DNA from: Leptospiraceae bacterium
Lineage (GTDB): Bacteria; Spirochaetota; Leptospiria; Leptospirales; Leptonemataceae
Length of the DNA stretch: 64,000 nucleotides
Direction of reading: 5' to 3'
Assembly (NCBI GenBank): GCA_040217195.1
Contig: JAVJNR010000004.1
Coordinates: 32,001 to 96,000 of the forward strand
A model generated the notes under the pieces. The model worked only from the letters and a program-made list of their open reading frames with translations, was not told where the DNA came from and did not search any database. Shown piece by piece: positions 28,061 through 38,950 of the stretch. How positions within the stretch are numbered: position 1 is the first letter of the stretch; each line of letters starts with the position of its first letter. The position numbers were made by a program, and so were the translations under genes.

Positions 28061-28597
28061 TTGTCTATGATTGCACAATCCTTATTTTACCGGTTTTACG
28101 CCCTTCTGTCGCGCATGAATTTTGACCTTATTCAAAATGACAGAATAAAATACATATACCTGGTATGGGTACGTAGCGGCAAGGAAATTCTTTCCTCATT
28201 GCTCACCGGCCACCGCAGGGGTTTACTTCTTCTTTTCACTGTTCTTTTTCTGATTACTACGGGCTGTTCTACAGTCCAACATGGATTCAGTCTTTCGGAT
28301 GGAAACTGTGATTGTAGGCGCAGCTTCTATTTTTTGAGCCAGAACCATCCCCGGGGGGCGAAGTTGGCTCTGGAGGGGGACTATGCGGGAGCTCAGCAAG
28401 TGTTCAAACAGCAGCTGGATGCAGCCCATTTTGAAGAGGCCTGCTTGATAGAAAACAATCTGGGCCTGGTGGCCATGCTTCAAAACCATCCCCAGAAGGC
28501 CCTGCAGCATCTCTGGGAGGCCCATTCCCGGTGTCCGAATAACTCTACGATAGAAGAGAACCTCAAAAACCTGCTTTCCAGAATCCCGGCATCCTGA
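28061..28597 (+). CDS. TPR-like lipoprotein (start uncertain)
   Basis: ITTGC lipobox; NNLG..A...P.N..I.ENL TPR pattern. Confidence 0.6.
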   Translation: MSMIAQSLFYRFYALLSRMNFDLIQNDRIKYIYLVWVRSGKEILSSLLTGHRRGLLLLFTVLFLITTGCSTVQHGFSLSDGNCDCRRSFYFLSQNHPRGAKLALEGDYAGAQQVFKQQLDAAHFEEACLIENNLGLVAMLQNHPQKALQHLWEAHSRCPNNSTIEENLKNLLSRIPAS

Positions 28598-28608
28598 CTT
28601 TTTTCCCT

Positions 28609-29079
28609 GTGAATTCCCGGGAAGACTCACTGCTAAACGGTCTCGCTATCAGGATGCGAGCAAATGCGTTTTGCCTGCTTCTGGGCAGTTTATTCTTATC
28701 CGGAAACTGCGAATCTCCTGATCCGGTATCCTCTGAGTATTATCTACTTTCGCCTCTTCTAATTGCCGGCATTCAGCGCCCTTCGGCGCCTTCGAATCTA
28801 ACGGTGGCCTACGATTTGCCTTCGGAAAGTATCTATTTGCAGTGGCAGGCCTCTGTAGACCCGGATACCGGAGCTATCTGGAATGATTATAGAATCTATC
28901 TTTTCTTAAGCACTCCTCCGGCCAATATCTATCAAGATCGGTATCGTTTGGCCAGCACATCCAGAACCTACTATTCCCTTCCTTCCGATCCATTCAACGG
29001 AACCGTATATTTCGCAATTACGGCCCATGAGAGAGGTTCGGAAAGTCATCCAAGTAATTTTGCAGAGCTGAGTTTATAG
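28609..29079 (+). CDS. Fibronectin type III domain lipoprotein
   Basis: LSGNC; PSAPSNL, LQW, YRIY, YFAITA..ES..SN. Confidence 0.75.
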   Translation: MNSREDSLLNGLAIRMRANAFCLLLGSLFLSGNCESPDPVSSEYYLLSPLLIAGIQRPSAPSNLTVAYDLPSESIYLQWQASVDPDTGAIWNDYRIYLFLSTPPANIYQDRYRLASTSRTYYSLPSDPFNGTVYFAITAHERGSESHPSNFAELSL

Positions 29080-29089
29080 GTATTTCGCA

Positions 29090-29824
29090 ATGCGATTTTC
29101 ACAGGAGCAAATTCATACATTGGTGCAGACCTTTAGTTTCAATAGTTCAGATTCCGGGCAGCCTGATCTGGCCATTCAAGATTTAACATCCAATACATTT
29201 GGCCCCGGGTTTCAGAACGATTCCGCTATTTCCAGTTTAACACCATCAAACAGACGGTTCCACGGAGGCAAACTCCAGCCTCCCGGCAAATGGCTGCTAC
29301 GAGTTTTGCGGATTCTGACTCTACCGATTTTACTTTCAATAGTGATTCCAGTTTCAGCCATCCAGGCCAGTCCGGATACCCCCCATGCAATCTGGCCTGA
29401 AATATTCCTGCCAGGTTATAATGCATTTAGAAACGAATCCTACGTTGGCGCTGGATTTATGCTACTTGGGCGAATACTGACTTTCTATGGAGCGTATCAT
29501 TATCACAATCGCTACGTAAACTACAACAGCGCGGCCAGTGCTGCCAGGGTGGCGGATCTGTACTACGGGCCCGGGCTGGAGTATGCAGATCCATACAGCA
29601 GAGATTATTTGAGCAGTCAGGAAATGGAGAATCGGGCCGGACGTTCGCAGAACTACTCCCATCTGGCGATTGCCATCCATCTGGGCCTTACCGGCGCCGG
29701 TTTGTTTCAGGGGTATCGCATTCAGCAGGGTATCCAGGAAAGAAACCTGAAGGAGCTACAAATCAAGGCTGCCTCTACTGGCCACAGGCCAGGTCTGCAA
29801 TACACCTGGAGAATTGATTTCTAA
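29090..29824 (+). CDS. Hypothetical membrane/exported protein
   Basis: 244-aa ORF, hydrophobic segments, C-terminal Phe; true start may be downstream. Confidence 0.55.
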   Translation: MRFSQEQIHTLVQTFSFNSSDSGQPDLAIQDLTSNTFGPGFQNDSAISSLTPSNRRFHGGKLQPPGKWLLRVLRILTLPILLSIVIPVSAIQASPDTPHAIWPEIFLPGYNAFRNESYVGAGFMLLGRILTFYGAYHYHNRYVNYNSAASAARVADLYYGPGLEYADPYSRDYLSSQEMENRAGRSQNYSHLAIAIHLGLTGAGLFQGYRIQQGIQERNLKELQIKAASTGHRPGLQYTWRIDF

Positions 29825-29839
29825 TCTCTAATTTGCGAT

Positions 29840-31573
29840 CTATCCGATGAGCTCTGCCACGGGCATGGCCTGCTGATCCAGTGTATCTGGCAGATATTTG
29901 CGAAACATGGGCAGCAGTATATGGACGATCAGCGGCCCCAGAATCCCAAAAACAGCCCGGTCCCGAAAACGATACTCCGGTTGGGTTCGAATTAAGGATT
30001 TAAAAAGAAAACCCAGTAAGGCTTTTTGCATCCTTCCTGGTTTTTTCTCCATTCGAACCGTTAGATCATAGGCCCCTGGATATCGATCAGAGTACTTCTT
30101 AAAGAATTCCTGCAATTCCTGAACCGCCGATTCCTCCGTAAAAAGCAATGCCCTTTGAGACAGTTGAAATAGTTGCATTGTGTCTCGATGAAACCTGGAC
30201 CTGTATCGAAGCCTTAGCTTTCTGGCCAGGTCCTCCATTTCAGAAAGACCATCCATGGCAGCACAGGACTTATGCCAGTCAGATTCTGCACTTCCCGAAT
30301 AAATGCGAACCACCTCTGCCAGAAGAGATGTAACTGTAATTCTATCCCAGAGTACATGGATCAGCGATGGAATGCGTGAACGATTCAGATACAATTCCCG
30401 GGATGCGAAAGAGGGTATGTATAGAACATGCTTGATTAGATCGTCTGAAAGCTGCAGAAATCTCCGAATTCGGATGAGCTCGCCGGATGAATAGCCGGCC
30501 TTTAGCAGCGAAGCATCCAGGTCTCCGTTGCTGCGAAATAGATGAACTGTCACCGCAGTGTTTAATTCATTCCAGTAGGACCTGCTCTTTAGAAAGCTGT
30601 AATTTTTGAATCTAGACCAACCGCCTGTCTGGCACCATACGTGGATTCCACGAAGCCTGGAATTGTTTCTCAGCTGTCTGGCATAATCCGAATAATCGAA
30701 TCCAACAAAACAGGGAAATTCCCCAAATCCTTCGTACTCCCGCCGGGTCTGCAATTCAAGAATGTAGGGCGCAGGACTATTCAGTGCATAGGGATTGAGC
30801 TTCTGGTAGCGAGTAAAATCGGATTGGGAGAATTTGTAAGATAAAAGAAAGTTATCGCTGCTCAAGCATTGCACTGGAAGACTCTGCAGCAAAGTGTTTC
30901 TATTCCAGAGCAAATCTCCAATCTTTCCGGCCCCCAGAGTCCAGGTACGAAAGATTAATGTCCTTTCTGTCTCCTGGAAAGCAGGTAGAATTGTCTGCAG
31001 ACATTTTCTCAGATCTGCAGCGGTTTTTACCATCAACTGGCTGCGAAAGGGACTTTCCACATCCACTCCATCCGACTCGCCCACTCGCAGAATTATTCCA
31101 CCCAGTTCTGGAAAGTCCTTCAACAGGCCTCGAAAGGACCGGGCCATGTGCTCAAACAGTTCTCTTTTTTTTGCACCTTCCGGAGTATGAACAAAATACC
31201 AGACATCTGCGGTAAGATAGGGTGTCATCCCGTGCTCCAGAGCGATGCGAAACAGCTTTCGATAATACTTTCTGTATTTCTGAACCCATTTCCTGATAGG
31301 AAGAGAGTCCACTTCCCTGACTGGCCAGAGCAGATACGCCGCTTCATCGATGGAAAGAGAATTATAACCCAGTTTGCTCAGACGTTTTACATAGACCTGG
31401 AATCCTTCGCGAATCTTCTTATGCGTTTTTCGCCGCACTTTATTGTTTTTTAAAAGATCATGTGTAGGAGCTTTGGACCAGTTTATGCTCGGTTCCGCAG
31501 ATTGCTCTTTCTTTTGCTTCTTGCGCACAAAGAATGGTGCGCTGGAATCCACCATATAGATTTTCTTTTTCAA
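29840..31573 (-). CDS. Glycoside hydrolase-like protein (GH67-related)
   Basis: GIILRVGESDG, IFRTW, ELQTRREYEGFGEFP, WCQTGGW. Confidence 0.55.
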   Translation of the reverse strand: MKKKIYMVDSSAPFFVRKKQKKEQSAEPSINWSKAPTHDLLKNNKVRRKTHKKIREGFQVYVKRLSKLGYNSLSIDEAAYLLWPVREVDSLPIRKWVQKYRKYYRKLFRIALEHGMTPYLTADVWYFVHTPEGAKKRELFEHMARSFRGLLKDFPELGGIILRVGESDGVDVESPFRSQLMVKTAADLRKCLQTILPAFQETERTLIFRTWTLGAGKIGDLLWNRNTLLQSLPVQCLSSDNFLLSYKFSQSDFTRYQKLNPYALNSPAPYILELQTRREYEGFGEFPCFVGFDYSDYARQLRNNSRLRGIHVWCQTGGWSRFKNYSFLKSRSYWNELNTAVTVHLFRSNGDLDASLLKAGYSSGELIRIRRFLQLSDDLIKHVLYIPSFASRELYLNRSRIPSLIHVLWDRITVTSLLAEVVRIYSGSAESDWHKSCAAMDGLSEMEDLARKLRLRYRSRFHRDTMQLFQLSQRALLFTEESAVQELQEFFKKYSDRYPGAYDLTVRMEKKPGRMQKALLGFLFKSLIRTQPEYRFRDRAVFGILGPLIVHILLPMFRKYLPDTLDQQAMPVAELIG

Positions 31574-32460
31574 GCAGAACTCCTTTGATGGTAACGATAG
31601 GATTCTACCATCGCAGCCATTAAGACCACTCCACCGCCCAGAAAGGTAGCCACAGACGGAATTTCGTCAAAGAATAGAAAGGCTGCCAGAGCGCTGTAGA
31701 GAGGTTGCACAGAAGCGATGACTCCTGTCGTCCGAGCAGACATCTTTACCACGGCACGGGTTAGCATGGTATGCGCGATTGCGGTAATTAGAACACCCAG
31801 AATAACAATCAAGATCAGATCATTGAGACCGGGTCTGAAATTTTGCTGTACGGTGTAGAAAATCAACGCCGGAGACAGGAGCAAACCGGCCACGGAGATT
31901 TGCCCCAGCATGATTTGAGAGCTGGGCCAGTGGGAAAGCTTTCTGCGGACTACAAGGTTTCGAGCTGTTATTAAGGCTGCAGCTGCCAGACCCCAGAAGA
32001 GTCCTTCTCTTTCCAGAGCGGCTACGGAAAGCCCCATATAGGCAATGCCTGCTGTAGCCAACAAAGCCAGAACAATATCCAGTGAATACTCCTTCCACTC
32101 CACAGACTCTTCCAGCCAGGGCTCTATAAGCGATGTCATAAGCGGATAGGTATGCATGGCTACCACAGCCAGTGCTATGGTAGATAGTCTTCCCGAATAA
32201 AAAAACGTAATCCAGTGTGCTGCCAGCAATATGCCACTGGCAACAAGCATCCAGAGGTCCAGAGTCAACTGGCCTTCTTTCGCAAATCCCGAAAAAGAAG
32301 ACCGTGAAATCTTTAGAAATAGAAACAATGCAGCACTGGCCACAACGCAGCGGGCCGCTATTACATAGGGCACAGGTGCATCGATCCATCGGCTAAAGAG
32401 CAGAGCGCTACTCAATAGAACGTTGGCCATATGCAACTCCATTAGAGCCCTGTTACGCAT
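31570..32460 (-). CDS. EamA/DMT family transporter
   Basis: About 10 TM; HWITFF, T.P, LGV..TA.AH, QP, E.P. Confidence 0.88.
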   Translation of the reverse strand: MRNRALMELHMANVLLSSALLFSRWIDAPVPYVIAARCVVASAALFLFLKISRSSFSGFAKEGQLTLDLWMLVASGILLAAHWITFFYSGRLSTIALAVVAMHTYPLMTSLIEPWLEESVEWKEYSLDIVLALLATAGIAYMGLSVAALEREGLFWGLAAAALITARNLVVRRKLSHWPSSQIMLGQISVAGLLLSPALIFYTVQQNFRPGLNDLILIVILGVLITAIAHTMLTRAVVKMSARTTGVIASVQPLYSALAAFLFFDEIPSVATFLGGGVVLMAAMVESYRYHQRSSA

Positions 32461-32534
32461 GCAATGCCACAGGATGGAAGAAAGAGCTACGAGAAAAGTA
32501 GAATACGAGAATGAATGTTACAGATTCATTTATG

Positions 32535-33983
32535 CTATTCCCCGGGATTGCTGATCAGGGAAGGCACCGTGCGAAGAATTATAGATACATCCATAAGAAA
32601 GGACCAGTTCTCAATGTAATATATATCTGCCTGCACTCTCTTTTCGATGGAAGTATCTCCGCGCAGGCCTTGAATCTGGGCCCATCCAGTGATCCCGGAT
32701 TTCACACTGTGTCTGCGCATATAGTGGTCATACTGGCTTTTGAACTGCTCCACGAAGTGCGGCCTTTCCGGCCGGGGCCCCACAACAGACATATCGCCCA
32801 TAAAGACATTTATGAACTGAGGTAGCTCATCCATGGATGTTCTTCGAAGTAGCTTTCCAATTGCAGTTACTCGCTGATCCTGCGGTCCTCCCCAGGTAGT
32901 ATCGGATAAGCTTTCATCCTGAACAACCATAGTCCTGAATTTGAAACAGCGAAACAGATTTCGGTCCAGGCCAACTCTTTGCTGTGCGAACAAGATTGGT
33001 CCAGGGGAGCTAAATTTTACCAGAAGAGCCAGAATTAGCCAGATAGGAAAGGTAAGCAATATAGCCAACGAAGAGAATGCCAGGTCAAAACTACGCTTAA
33101 GGAATCGATTGTAACCGTTCTTCAATGGAATGTCGCGCAATGTAAGCACGGGCATCCCATCCATATCTTCGATTCGCGCATGGCTGGTGATCAAATCCAC
33201 CATATCAGGCACAATTCTACAGTCGAACCCTTCCGAGTCGCAGAACTCGACTACCTTCTGAAGCCTTTTATGATCCTCCGAGAGTGCATAAACTATAATG
33301 TCCGGATTTAGTTGCCGGGCAAGAGACTCAAAACCTTTAATGGGTCCCAGTATGTGATTTGCTAGAGTTGGATGAGAATCCTTCTTATTTCCCACAACAC
33401 CAAGCACGCGATATCCATAGATCTGGTTTCTCATTACCTTTTCGTAGAATCTGAACGCAAGACGACCACTGCCAACGATAAGGATATTTCGGACCGAAAC
33501 TCCCTTCTGTCTCAGTCGCATCAAATAAAGTCTAAAAAGAAAATGTCCGGAACCGTGAAGCATCACGGAGAAAATGGCGGTGTAAAGGATGACCAGCCGG
33601 CTTAAACTGGCTCCCCTGTAGAAGAAAAGAAAAGCAAGTACAATAACAAGGTTCAAGAATACAGCTCTACCTATGAGAACAGTTTCGCGCACAGGATGTC
33701 TGGAGCGCGCCGGCTGGTAAATGTCCGTAACAATAAATACCAGCACCTGGGAAAGTGCAAATAGCAAACCGGGAAAGAAATAAGCGCTAAGTATTACATA
33801 TTGCTCCGGAAACAGTCCGGCCGGCGCAAAGAGTCCCTGATCATCCGGACTTACAAAGGCTCTTTTCTCCGGGTCTATAATATAGAAATGCAGGATGATC
33901 GCCAGACTGAACGACAATCCGGCCAGAATTGTATCCAGGACAATCAGCCCCAGCTTCATACTTTGGTTTCTTTCTCGAATCAT
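32535..33983 (-). CDS. Undecaprenyl-phosphate sugar phosphotransferase (WcaJ family)
   Basis: KRSFD, KFRTM, RRTSMDELPQFINV, SVVGPRPE, GITGWAQ, DIYYIENWS. Confidence 0.93.
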   Translation of the reverse strand: MIRERNQSMKLGLIVLDTILAGLSFSLAIILHFYIIDPEKRAFVSPDDQGLFAPAGLFPEQYVILSAYFFPGLLFALSQVLVFIVTDIYQPARSRHPVRETVLIGRAVFLNLVIVLAFLFFYRGASLSRLVILYTAIFSVMLHGSGHFLFRLYLMRLRQKGVSVRNILIVGSGRLAFRFYEKVMRNQIYGYRVLGVVGNKKDSHPTLANHILGPIKGFESLARQLNPDIIVYALSEDHKRLQKVVEFCDSEGFDCRIVPDMVDLITSHARIEDMDGMPVLTLRDIPLKNGYNRFLKRSFDLAFSSLAILLTFPIWLILALLVKFSSPGPILFAQQRVGLDRNLFRCFKFRTMVVQDESLSDTTWGGPQDQRVTAIGKLLRRTSMDELPQFINVFMGDMSVVGPRPERPHFVEQFKSQYDHYMRRHSVKSGITGWAQIQGLRGDTSIEKRVQADIYYIENWSFLMDVSIILRTVPSLISNPGE

Positions 33984-34107
33984 TATGCTCTAACTTTGCT
34001 CAATTTCAGCGATTCAATCATTTGGAATCCGCCGACCTACCATCTATGATCTCAAACTCTCCTGCTTATGACAACCCATGACCATTCATGCAAGGCCCGG
34101 AAGAAAC

Positions 34108-37008
34108 TCAGGGACCCACCGAGGAGTACCCGCCACGTCCAATATCGGAAGGCCGGATTCTCTGTCGATTCAGGATGAAACGAGAAGGCCGGGAGGAAAT
34201 ATTGCCCACGTCAAATCGCAACAGTGTAAGTGAGAAAAATACTTTGTTATCGTAGAAATTCACTACTTCCACTGTGTTCAGCCCACCCAGGATGCTCCTT
34301 TGCTCCAGACGATAGCCCACTCGCATTTCCCAGTCATGCAAATCCATGATGAATGCAGTTTCAAAGAATCCTACATTGAATACAGCATTCTGGCGTGCCC
34401 TTTCCCCGGCCAGTCCTGTGCCGTTGAATACATCCGTGGTAAAGTTTACGGGCCTTTCTGATTCCGGTGTGTACAGACTTTGATTGGCCAGCGCATATCT
34501 GGGATCATGAGCGGCATTGTATCTGGCCGGATCCGTTGCCCTGGATTCCAGTTCCATTTCCCAGTATATGGTACGAGTGAGCTGAATGTCCATCTTTAGA
34601 TTGAAGCGCATATGATCCAGTGAGCGATCATAGTAAATATGGTACCAGTAGAAGCCCATCTCAAAGTAACGCAATCTTTCCAGGAGCCATAGATCGAATC
34701 CGCCGGTCTGAAAGTTAAGCCCAAAGATATTGGAATGATCCCTCTTGTTGATCGGATCGTAAACATAGTCGTTGGTAATATGCAGGTCCATGAAATGCCC
34801 GCGCCTTCTACTGAGTAGATTGTTACGATCAAATCCAAATGGATCGAAAAAATCGATTAAGATGTCTGTGCGAAATACAGGATAGTACCAGCGCTCCTCT
34901 GGTTTAATATCGTATTCATAGTCTTTCTGGTCATATATGCTGGTAACGCTAAAGGAAACGTCCTCCAGTGGATAGGACTCCAGAGAGACCTCTGTTTCAT
35001 TTACCTTCTGATTGTTCGTAAATCCTGTAAAATTTAGAGTGCCTCGATCCTTTAGCTCTTCCTTGAATGAATCCTTCCTTCGATAGATTGCACGAACAAA
35101 AAGCACATCCGGTCCCAGGGTTAATTCATCTTCGGTAAAATAGTACTGATAGCTATCTTTTTGCGCCTGTGCATCCAGAGCCTCATAGGCCTCTCCGGTG
35201 GGATTGTTTCCATACGGTAACGTTTTACGAGCCCCGTATCCAACTAAAGGCCTGAATGTAAAATAAGGATACCAGGAGACGTAGGTGCGAAATGCAGTTT
35301 TATACTCATTATGGTTTAGACTCTGATCAACAACGCCTGCTGAGTACTGCTTGGTTAAATCCGAAGACAGTGCATGATCCCAGTACACCGCCAGATCGAA
35401 CCAGGGATCTCGTCCCAGAAAAATATTCTTTTCCAGGTCCACCGCAGGAACAACGTCATAGGCCGGATAGTACCTGGAATCCTCGAATTTAACATCCTGA
35501 ATCCAAACCCGTCGACGGGAGGCCTGCACTCGAATAGAAAGATCATCTCTTTGATCACTATAGACCAGATTCCAGTCTGTATCGTTTCGAATTAAGCCTC
35601 GCCCGGCCTCTGAATTTTGATACAATGCAGGTATGGTACTTACAGGCTGATAGCGGCTTCCAAATTCATATTCGTAGGTATTGTAGGAGTAGTCTTCGTA
35701 ACGAATATTTAAAGTCTGTACTGAATTCTCGCGATAGTCTGCATTTCTCCAGTTTACGATTGCAAAAGCTTTGTACCATTTATAATATTCTTTTCCGTAT
35801 GTGCCATCGGAATGCTGTACCTGGTTGGTAACAGCAATCTGATCTCTTTGCCTGTAATCAGAAATGATTTCGTATCGTTTGAACCTGGCTGCTTCAAGAT
35901 CCAGAAAATAGTTTAGATTGGGACTGAAGCGAAACATCTCCAGCCCAAAGACTTCTCCTGTATTTTCATAATAGTCCGCTGTAATGCGGTATCCCATGGG
36001 AAGAAAACTGGAGGTAATTGCCTCGGGCACGCTGAACTGATATGTGTTCTGCCAGAAGAATCCCTGGACCTGGCTATGACCGAACTGTGAAATTATACCA
36101 GTGCCCCAGTCCGAAGCATACAGAAATGGCAACGGAAGAAGCGGCACTCCACCTACATAATAGAGCACTCCTGCAGCCGCCAGGGAGTCATCTTCATAAA
36201 GCCATACCCGACGGGCATAGAAATTATAATGAGGAGGCTCGGCCGCACAGCCGGTAAAGTACACATGACTTACACTCAGCTTTCCTTCGCTTAGCTGCCG
36301 AACATTCTCGCCAATGAAATGCACCGGATCTTTGTAACCGGATGCATTATACATGATCCCTGCACCCAGCCTTTGATCGTAGATAATTCGTTCTGCTCGA
36401 ATCAGGGCATCTTTGCTTTTATAGACTACATTTCCCTCTGCATAGACTTCTTTTCGCTTCGAGTCTACAATGACCAGATCGGCAAGAAAATAGCCGTCCC
36501 CTACCCGGACTCGAATGCGGCCTCTCAGTTTAAGCAATCCACGAGAATCCTCTTCGCCCCGGATGTATTCCCCTTCCGCCGCATTCTCAATCATGATTCG
36601 GCCCGGGTTGCTTTTCTCGGCCAGGTTGGGAGGTTCCTGCAGCCCCAGGTGAACTTTCAGCCGATCCTTTTTCTGTTCCAGAGTTCCTTCTGTGGAAAGC
36701 CCTTCTTTTTCCAGAAGGGCATCAATTCCCTCTTCACCAAGGTTCTCCAGCCCGGACTCAAGCAGCGTTTTTTCCAGTTCAGACCTTTCCCTTCGGACAT
36801 CTTGTCCGTTAATTAGATCTTGAAAGCGCTGCAGCTTTTCGGCTTGCTCTGGATCCAGTCCAGGAGGGAGTTCGGATGACTCAGGATTGGGAACAGGTTG
36901 AGCCAGAAGCGGTGTAAAACCAAGGATCAGGCCCAGAAGCAGGGCCAGAATCCGGAATGGATACTGGTTCCCTGAACTATGTCTTTTAATGGGATTCCGG
37001 GCTGTCAC
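34108..37008 (-). CDS. lptD: LPS-assembly protein LptD
   Basis: Signal peptide, OstA-like jellyroll (AEGNV, AERIIYD), FTGC..PHY, VP...LPF, beta-barrel-like C-terminus. Confidence 0.75.
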   Translation of the reverse strand: MTARNPIKRHSSGNQYPFRILALLLGLILGFTPLLAQPVPNPESSELPPGLDPEQAEKLQRFQDLINGQDVRRERSELEKTLLESGLENLGEEGIDALLEKEGLSTEGTLEQKKDRLKVHLGLQEPPNLAEKSNPGRIMIENAAEGEYIRGEEDSRGLLKLRGRIRVRVGDGYFLADLVIVDSKRKEVYAEGNVVYKSKDALIRAERIIYDQRLGAGIMYNASGYKDPVHFIGENVRQLSEGKLSVSHVYFTGCAAEPPHYNFYARRVWLYEDDSLAAAGVLYYVGGVPLLPLPFLYASDWGTGIISQFGHSQVQGFFWQNTYQFSVPEAITSSFLPMGYRITADYYENTGEVFGLEMFRFSPNLNYFLDLEAARFKRYEIISDYRQRDQIAVTNQVQHSDGTYGKEYYKWYKAFAIVNWRNADYRENSVQTLNIRYEDYSYNTYEYEFGSRYQPVSTIPALYQNSEAGRGLIRNDTDWNLVYSDQRDDLSIRVQASRRRVWIQDVKFEDSRYYPAYDVVPAVDLEKNIFLGRDPWFDLAVYWDHALSSDLTKQYSAGVVDQSLNHNEYKTAFRTYVSWYPYFTFRPLVGYGARKTLPYGNNPTGEAYEALDAQAQKDSYQYYFTEDELTLGPDVLFVRAIYRRKDSFKEELKDRGTLNFTGFTNNQKVNETEVSLESYPLEDVSFSVTSIYDQKDYEYDIKPEERWYYPVFRTDILIDFFDPFGFDRNNLLSRRRGHFMDLHITNDYVYDPINKRDHSNIFGLNFQTGGFDLWLLERLRYFEMGFYWYHIYYDRSLDHMRFNLKMDIQLTRTIYWEMELESRATDPARYNAAHDPRYALANQSLYTPESERPVNFTTDVFNGTGLAGERARQNAVFNVGFFETAFIMDLHDWEMRVGYRLEQRSILGGLNTVEVVNFYDNKVFFSLTLLRFDVGNISSRPSRFILNRQRIRPSDIGRGGYSSVGP

Positions 37009-37068
37009 ACCTGTCTCCGAAAGGTCTTGATTTCTCGTGCTGGCCTTTCCGTAAAGTAGAACTGACTT

Positions 37069-38850
37069 ATGCTAATACTCGATTTCTATGTGGATGAACC
37101 GGCCTGCTTCGGAGTTCCACCCTATTTATCACCGTACTGCCGCTATGCGGCCGGAGCCCTGGTGGCCGGTGGAATTCCACAGGAAAAGATCCAGTATCTA
37201 ACCGTGGACCAGTGGCGCAACCAGGGAAAATCCCTTTCCGATGACCATGAATTAATACTTCTCATTGCTGGAACTACGGTTCCAGGAAAATACCTGGGTG
37301 GCCGCATTGGAACGGTGGCCGAGGTGCTGGAATTCATTCGCATCCAGAAAAAAGAAGATCCATCCTCCACTATCCTGCTGGGAGGACCCATACGATATGC
37401 AGACAAAGAAATCCAGGATGAAATTCGAGAGCTGGGAGCATATTTAATTCGCGGTGATCTGGAACTGTATGCGGAGCGGCTGGCAGCCCATCCAGGTTCC
37501 ATTCGAGACGGGGCCAGAGAAATCCTGGAGAATGCCCGTTATCCCGTGTATTCTGCCAAAAGGAACTATGAACAGGTGGACCGATACGCCACAGCCGGAG
37601 CGTTTCTAACGGATCTACATCCCAATCGGCCTTATTTGATTTTAGAACTGGAAACCTACCGTGGCTGCACCCGGGATATATTCTGTAGTTTCTGCACCGA
37701 GGCTTTCTATGGAAAGCCAGAGTTTCGCCAGCTTCCAGGAATCCTGGATGAAGTGCAGGAACTCTATCGAATGGGTAATCGCTATTTCAGGCTGGGACGG
37801 CAGGCCGATTTGATGACTTATTTGCCAGACATGAACGACTTTCAGAATTCTTTTCCCAGACCAGTGCCAGATAGCCTGGAACAACTGTACTCAGGAATTC
37901 GAACAGTAGCTCCGGATCTTAAACTTTTGCACCTGGATAATATAAACCCTGGTTTGATTTCTACATTTCCAGAGGAATCAAGAAAGATTATCGAAATCAT
38001 CTGCAAATATAACACAGCTGGAGATACGGCTGCGATGGGTATGGAAAGTGCGGATCCGGTAGTTATTCAAAAGAACGATCTAAAAGCCAGCCCCGATGAG
38101 ATCAAGAAAGCAATAGAGATTGTGAATGAATTTGGAGCCAGGCGCGAACAGGGACTTCCCAGACTATTACCCGGGCTCAATTTGCTTCATGGACTGGCCG
38201 GAGAATCGGAAAAGACCTTTGAGTATAATTACAAATTCCTGAAGGATATTCTGGATTCCGGTCTTCTATTGAGAAGAATCAACATCAGACAAACTGTAAC
38301 CTACAAGAATACTCGATTGGACCGTATGCAGCGAACAGGCGAGAGCAAACGTCCCGGCAAGTCGCAGAGAATTCATCAGAGATTTCTTTATTACCGTGAC
38401 CGCATCCGAAAAGATATAGATCATGCATTTCTATTGAAGAATTTTCCTGTGGGCACACTGGTTCGAGAAGTAATCCTGGAATCTACGAATGAAGGCTACT
38501 ACCTGGGCCGCCCCCTGGGCTCCTACCCCGTTACTGTTAAAATACCTCTGGATGATAGACAGGCAGCCAGATTTTATGAGAACCGAACCCCTTTGACCTG
38601 TTTCGTCACCGGAGCCGAAGAGAGATCCATTCGGGCTCTTTGTTTTCCGCTTAGATTAGATTCCATGGGATCCATAGCATTTTCCCAGATTCCCGGTCTG
38701 GGAAAAAAATCTGCATCCAGACTATTTGCTGAACTGGGGCAGCGCAAAGGCGGTCAGGAGCTGGACCTGCGAAACTGGCTAAAAGCAGAAGGTGCAAGGC
38801 TGGAGCCAGCGGGCGAAGGGTCTTCTGCTCCAGAATTGCTGAATCGTTAG
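37069..38850 (+). CDS. Radical SAM protein with C-terminal HhH-like motif
   Basis: YVDEPACFGVPPY, ETYRGCTRDIFCSFC, GMESAD, LRRINIRQ, IPGLGKK. Confidence 0.85.
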   Translation: MLILDFYVDEPACFGVPPYLSPYCRYAAGALVAGGIPQEKIQYLTVDQWRNQGKSLSDDHELILLIAGTTVPGKYLGGRIGTVAEVLEFIRIQKKEDPSSTILLGGPIRYADKEIQDEIRELGAYLIRGDLELYAERLAAHPGSIRDGAREILENARYPVYSAKRNYEQVDRYATAGAFLTDLHPNRPYLILELETYRGCTRDIFCSFCTEAFYGKPEFRQLPGILDEVQELYRMGNRYFRLGRQADLMTYLPDMNDFQNSFPRPVPDSLEQLYSGIRTVAPDLKLLHLDNINPGLISTFPEESRKIIEIICKYNTAGDTAAMGMESADPVVIQKNDLKASPDEIKKAIEIVNEFGARREQGLPRLLPGLNLLHGLAGESEKTFEYNYKFLKDILDSGLLLRRINIRQTVTYKNTRLDRMQRTGESKRPGKSQRIHQRFLYYRDRIRKDIDHAFLLKNFPVGTLVREVILESTNEGYYLGRPLGSYPVTVKIPLDDRQAARFYENRTPLTCFVTGAEERSIRALCFPLRLDSMGSIAFSQIPGLGKKSASRLFAELGQRKGGQELDLRNWLKAEGARLEPAGEGSSAPELLNR

Positions 38851-38950
38851 TTTACGACTTAGGATTCACTGATTGGATCCGTAAGTATGGGACCGACTTT
38901 TTTCGGGGATTACAGCCGACCCGGAGCTGAATTGACCTGATTTCCCTGGT

